From: Prasinococcaceae sp. CCMP 1430
Lineage: Eukaryota; Plantae; Prasinodermophyta
Length of the DNA: 18,793 nucleotides
Assembly (NCBI GenBank): GCA_013416795.1
Contig: RQSC01000025.1
Location: 134,991-153,783, forward strand
Direction of reading: 5' to 3'
The translations under genes were made by a program, and so were the position numbers. This document shows positions 17,401 through 18,793 of the stretch, one piece after another (positions within the stretch are counted from its first letter, which is position 1; each line of letters begins with the position of its first letter). The notes under the pieces were generated by a model. That model searched no databases. It had not been told where the DNA came from and saw only the letters and a list, made by a program, of their open reading frames with translations.

Positions 17401-18793
17401 ACGTGATCCGACAGCGCGGCGGGGAGCGGCCCCCTGGACATGGCCCTTCTCCAGGAGGGCATGGCCCGCGCGGCCGCCGCGGCGAGCGCCGCCAGCGTCT
17501 CGAATCCGCCAGCGCCCCTGATGGCTCGCTCGTGTGACCCCTCGATGTCCGCCTGGAGCGCCAGCGCGTCGTCGCACGCCTCCGACCACAGCGCGCGCTG
17601 CTCACGCAGCGTGTCGACCAGCGACAGCACCGCGTGACCGCCAGCGCCCTCGGCGTCCTCGCCGACGCCGCGCCGCTCGCGGCCGTTTCCCCCCGCCGCC
17701 ATCGCGAGGAGGGCCTCCTCCGACTCGCGCATGCGGCGCGCCCACTCGAGCAGCCACGCCACCTTGGCCGCGAGGGCGTCGTGGGCGCCGAGCAGGCCCA
17801 CCACCTCCTGCGCCGCTGCGAGGTCGGCGGCGTCCGCAGCGGCGTCGAAGCCGCCGCTCGGCTCGGGACTCGCCTCGATGGCGTCGCAGATGTCGCCCTC
17901 CACGCCGACGCAGGCCTGGGCGAAGCCCTTCAAGTCCTCGAGCGCCGGGGCGTGCGCGTCCCAATGGGCGGCCGCCTGGCGCACGAGGGCCTGGAGGAGC
18001 TGCGCCTTGGCCTCGGCGGCGCTCGAGCCGTCGCCCTCGCCCGCCGCGCGCCTGACCTCCTCAGCCAGCGCGCGCTCGCACAGCGCGAGCTCGTCGAGCG
18101 CGTCGCCCTCCGCGCGCACCAGCTCGGGCAAGCGCGCCGCGTCCTCCTGAAGGGCGGCGAAGGCCTCCTCCTCCGCGCCGTCCGCGCCCTCGCGCGACGC
18201 CTCGGCGCTCTCCGCGCGGCTGGCGAGCTCCGCGTAGGCGCAGCACGCCTCCCGCCAGCGCGTGCGCGCCGCCTGCGTCGCCGCCGCGCTCTCCGCCACG
18301 CGCGCGCGCTGCGCTGCGCACGCGCCCTCGAGCGACGCGAGGCGCTCCAGCAGCGCGTCCGGCGCCTCCGCGCGGGTGATGCGCTCCTCGAGCTCCGCGC
18401 GCCAGTCGCCAACCATCTCGTGCAGCGAGACGGCGCGCATGGCCACATCGAGCGCGCCGTGGGCGAAGAAGGACAGCGAGTGCGCCTCGCGGTCGCGCCG
18501 CAGCACGAGCCCCTCGGCGCACGAGCACTCGGCCGCGAACAGCACGCGGTGCGCGAGCTCGCCGTCGGCCGAGCCGAACGCGTGCGCCCCCGCCCTGGCG
18601 GTCGTGCCCAGCTCGAGCCCCGCCTCCGCCGGCGCGTCGGCGTCGCTCGTCTGGACGATGAAGCCCACCGCGGGGCGGCGGGGCGCCGAGCGGGTCTGCA
18701 GGGAGCGCGCGAAGGCCTCGTGCGCGCTGCGAAGGCTCGCGCGCTGCGCCAGCGCCGACGCGCGCGCGATGGCGGCCTCGGCGCGCGCGTCGG
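8441..18793 (-). CDS. Giant uncharacterised Ala/Glu/Arg-rich segmented coiled-coil protein (at least 3,358 aa); exons >18793-16461, 16325-9018, 8878-8441; 5' end outside window
   Basis: The frame is open from the window end (...DARAEAAIARASALAQR...) across about 9.9 kb. Splicing 9017-8879 joins it in phase to the 8878-8441 exon (AKLE|ASAEVAAAH...TPKWR*, TAG at 8443-8441). Helical composition with G/P/D/S-rich breaks. No enzyme motif recognised. Confidence 0.88.
8879..9017 (-). other. Spliceosomal intron (139 nt)
   Basis: GAG|GTGAGT donor, CTGAC at 8921-8917, GCTCAG acceptor. Phase-0 join to the last exon. Confidence 0.9.
16326..16460 (-). other. Spliceosomal intron (135 nt, in-frame, stop-free)
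   Basis: GAG|GTACGC donor, CTGAC at 16378-16374, GTGCAG acceptor. Its translation VRWRSPLRAPRLRRRR...RRVQ is Arg/Pro-rich and unlike the flanking helix. Confidence 0.8.

Noticed and set aside
2430-18528. Dozens of overlapping and antisense Arg/Ala/Pro-rich ORFs
   Set aside because: Expected shadow frames of GC-rich coding DNA, where stop codons are rare. They show no motifs or splice support.
1-18793. Prokaryotic operon, phage or giant-virus interpretation; transposons, rRNA, tRNA
   Set aside because: Consistent spliceosomal introns and eukaryote-specific genes (SVP26, STIMATE) indicate nuclear DNA. No transposase, reverse transcriptase, integrase, LTR, cloverleaf or rRNA-like sequence was recognised.

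Overview
Very GC-rich, intron-containing eukaryotic genomic DNA from a draft assembly, most consistent with a microalga. A haptophyte-like host is an inference from composition, splice signals and gene content only. There is one 730-N gap (809-1538) and three single Ns (2809, 4983, 7029). Seven protein-coding loci can be supported. In order: (1) SVP26/TEX261-family ER-Golgi cargo adaptor, minus strand, first exon. (2) C-terminal exons of a GT2-like glycosyltransferase resembling cd02522/TIGR04283, plus. (3) Ala/Glu/Arg-rich coiled-coil protein of at least 785 aa, minus, 5'-truncated. (4) C-terminal part of a cystathionine beta-synthase/cysteine synthase-family PLP enzyme, plus, 5'-truncated at the same N. 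(5) STIMATE/TMEM110-family membrane protein, plus, intronless. (6) Single-CRM-domain (YhbY-like) RNA-binding protein, plus, three exons. (7) Giant segmented coiled-coil protein of at least 3,358 aa, minus, running off the window end. Six complete GT-AG introns plus one further acceptor all carry a CTGAC branch site, and two introns are in-frame and stop-free. The best leads are the GT2 gene as a candidate algal arsenosugar glycosyltransferase, the orphan giant coiled-coil protein, and an inverted pair of about 41-42 nt poly-G/poly-C tracts with shared flanks. No rRNA, tRNA, CRISPR array or transposon is evident. Most ORFs in the supplied track are GC-driven shadow frames.
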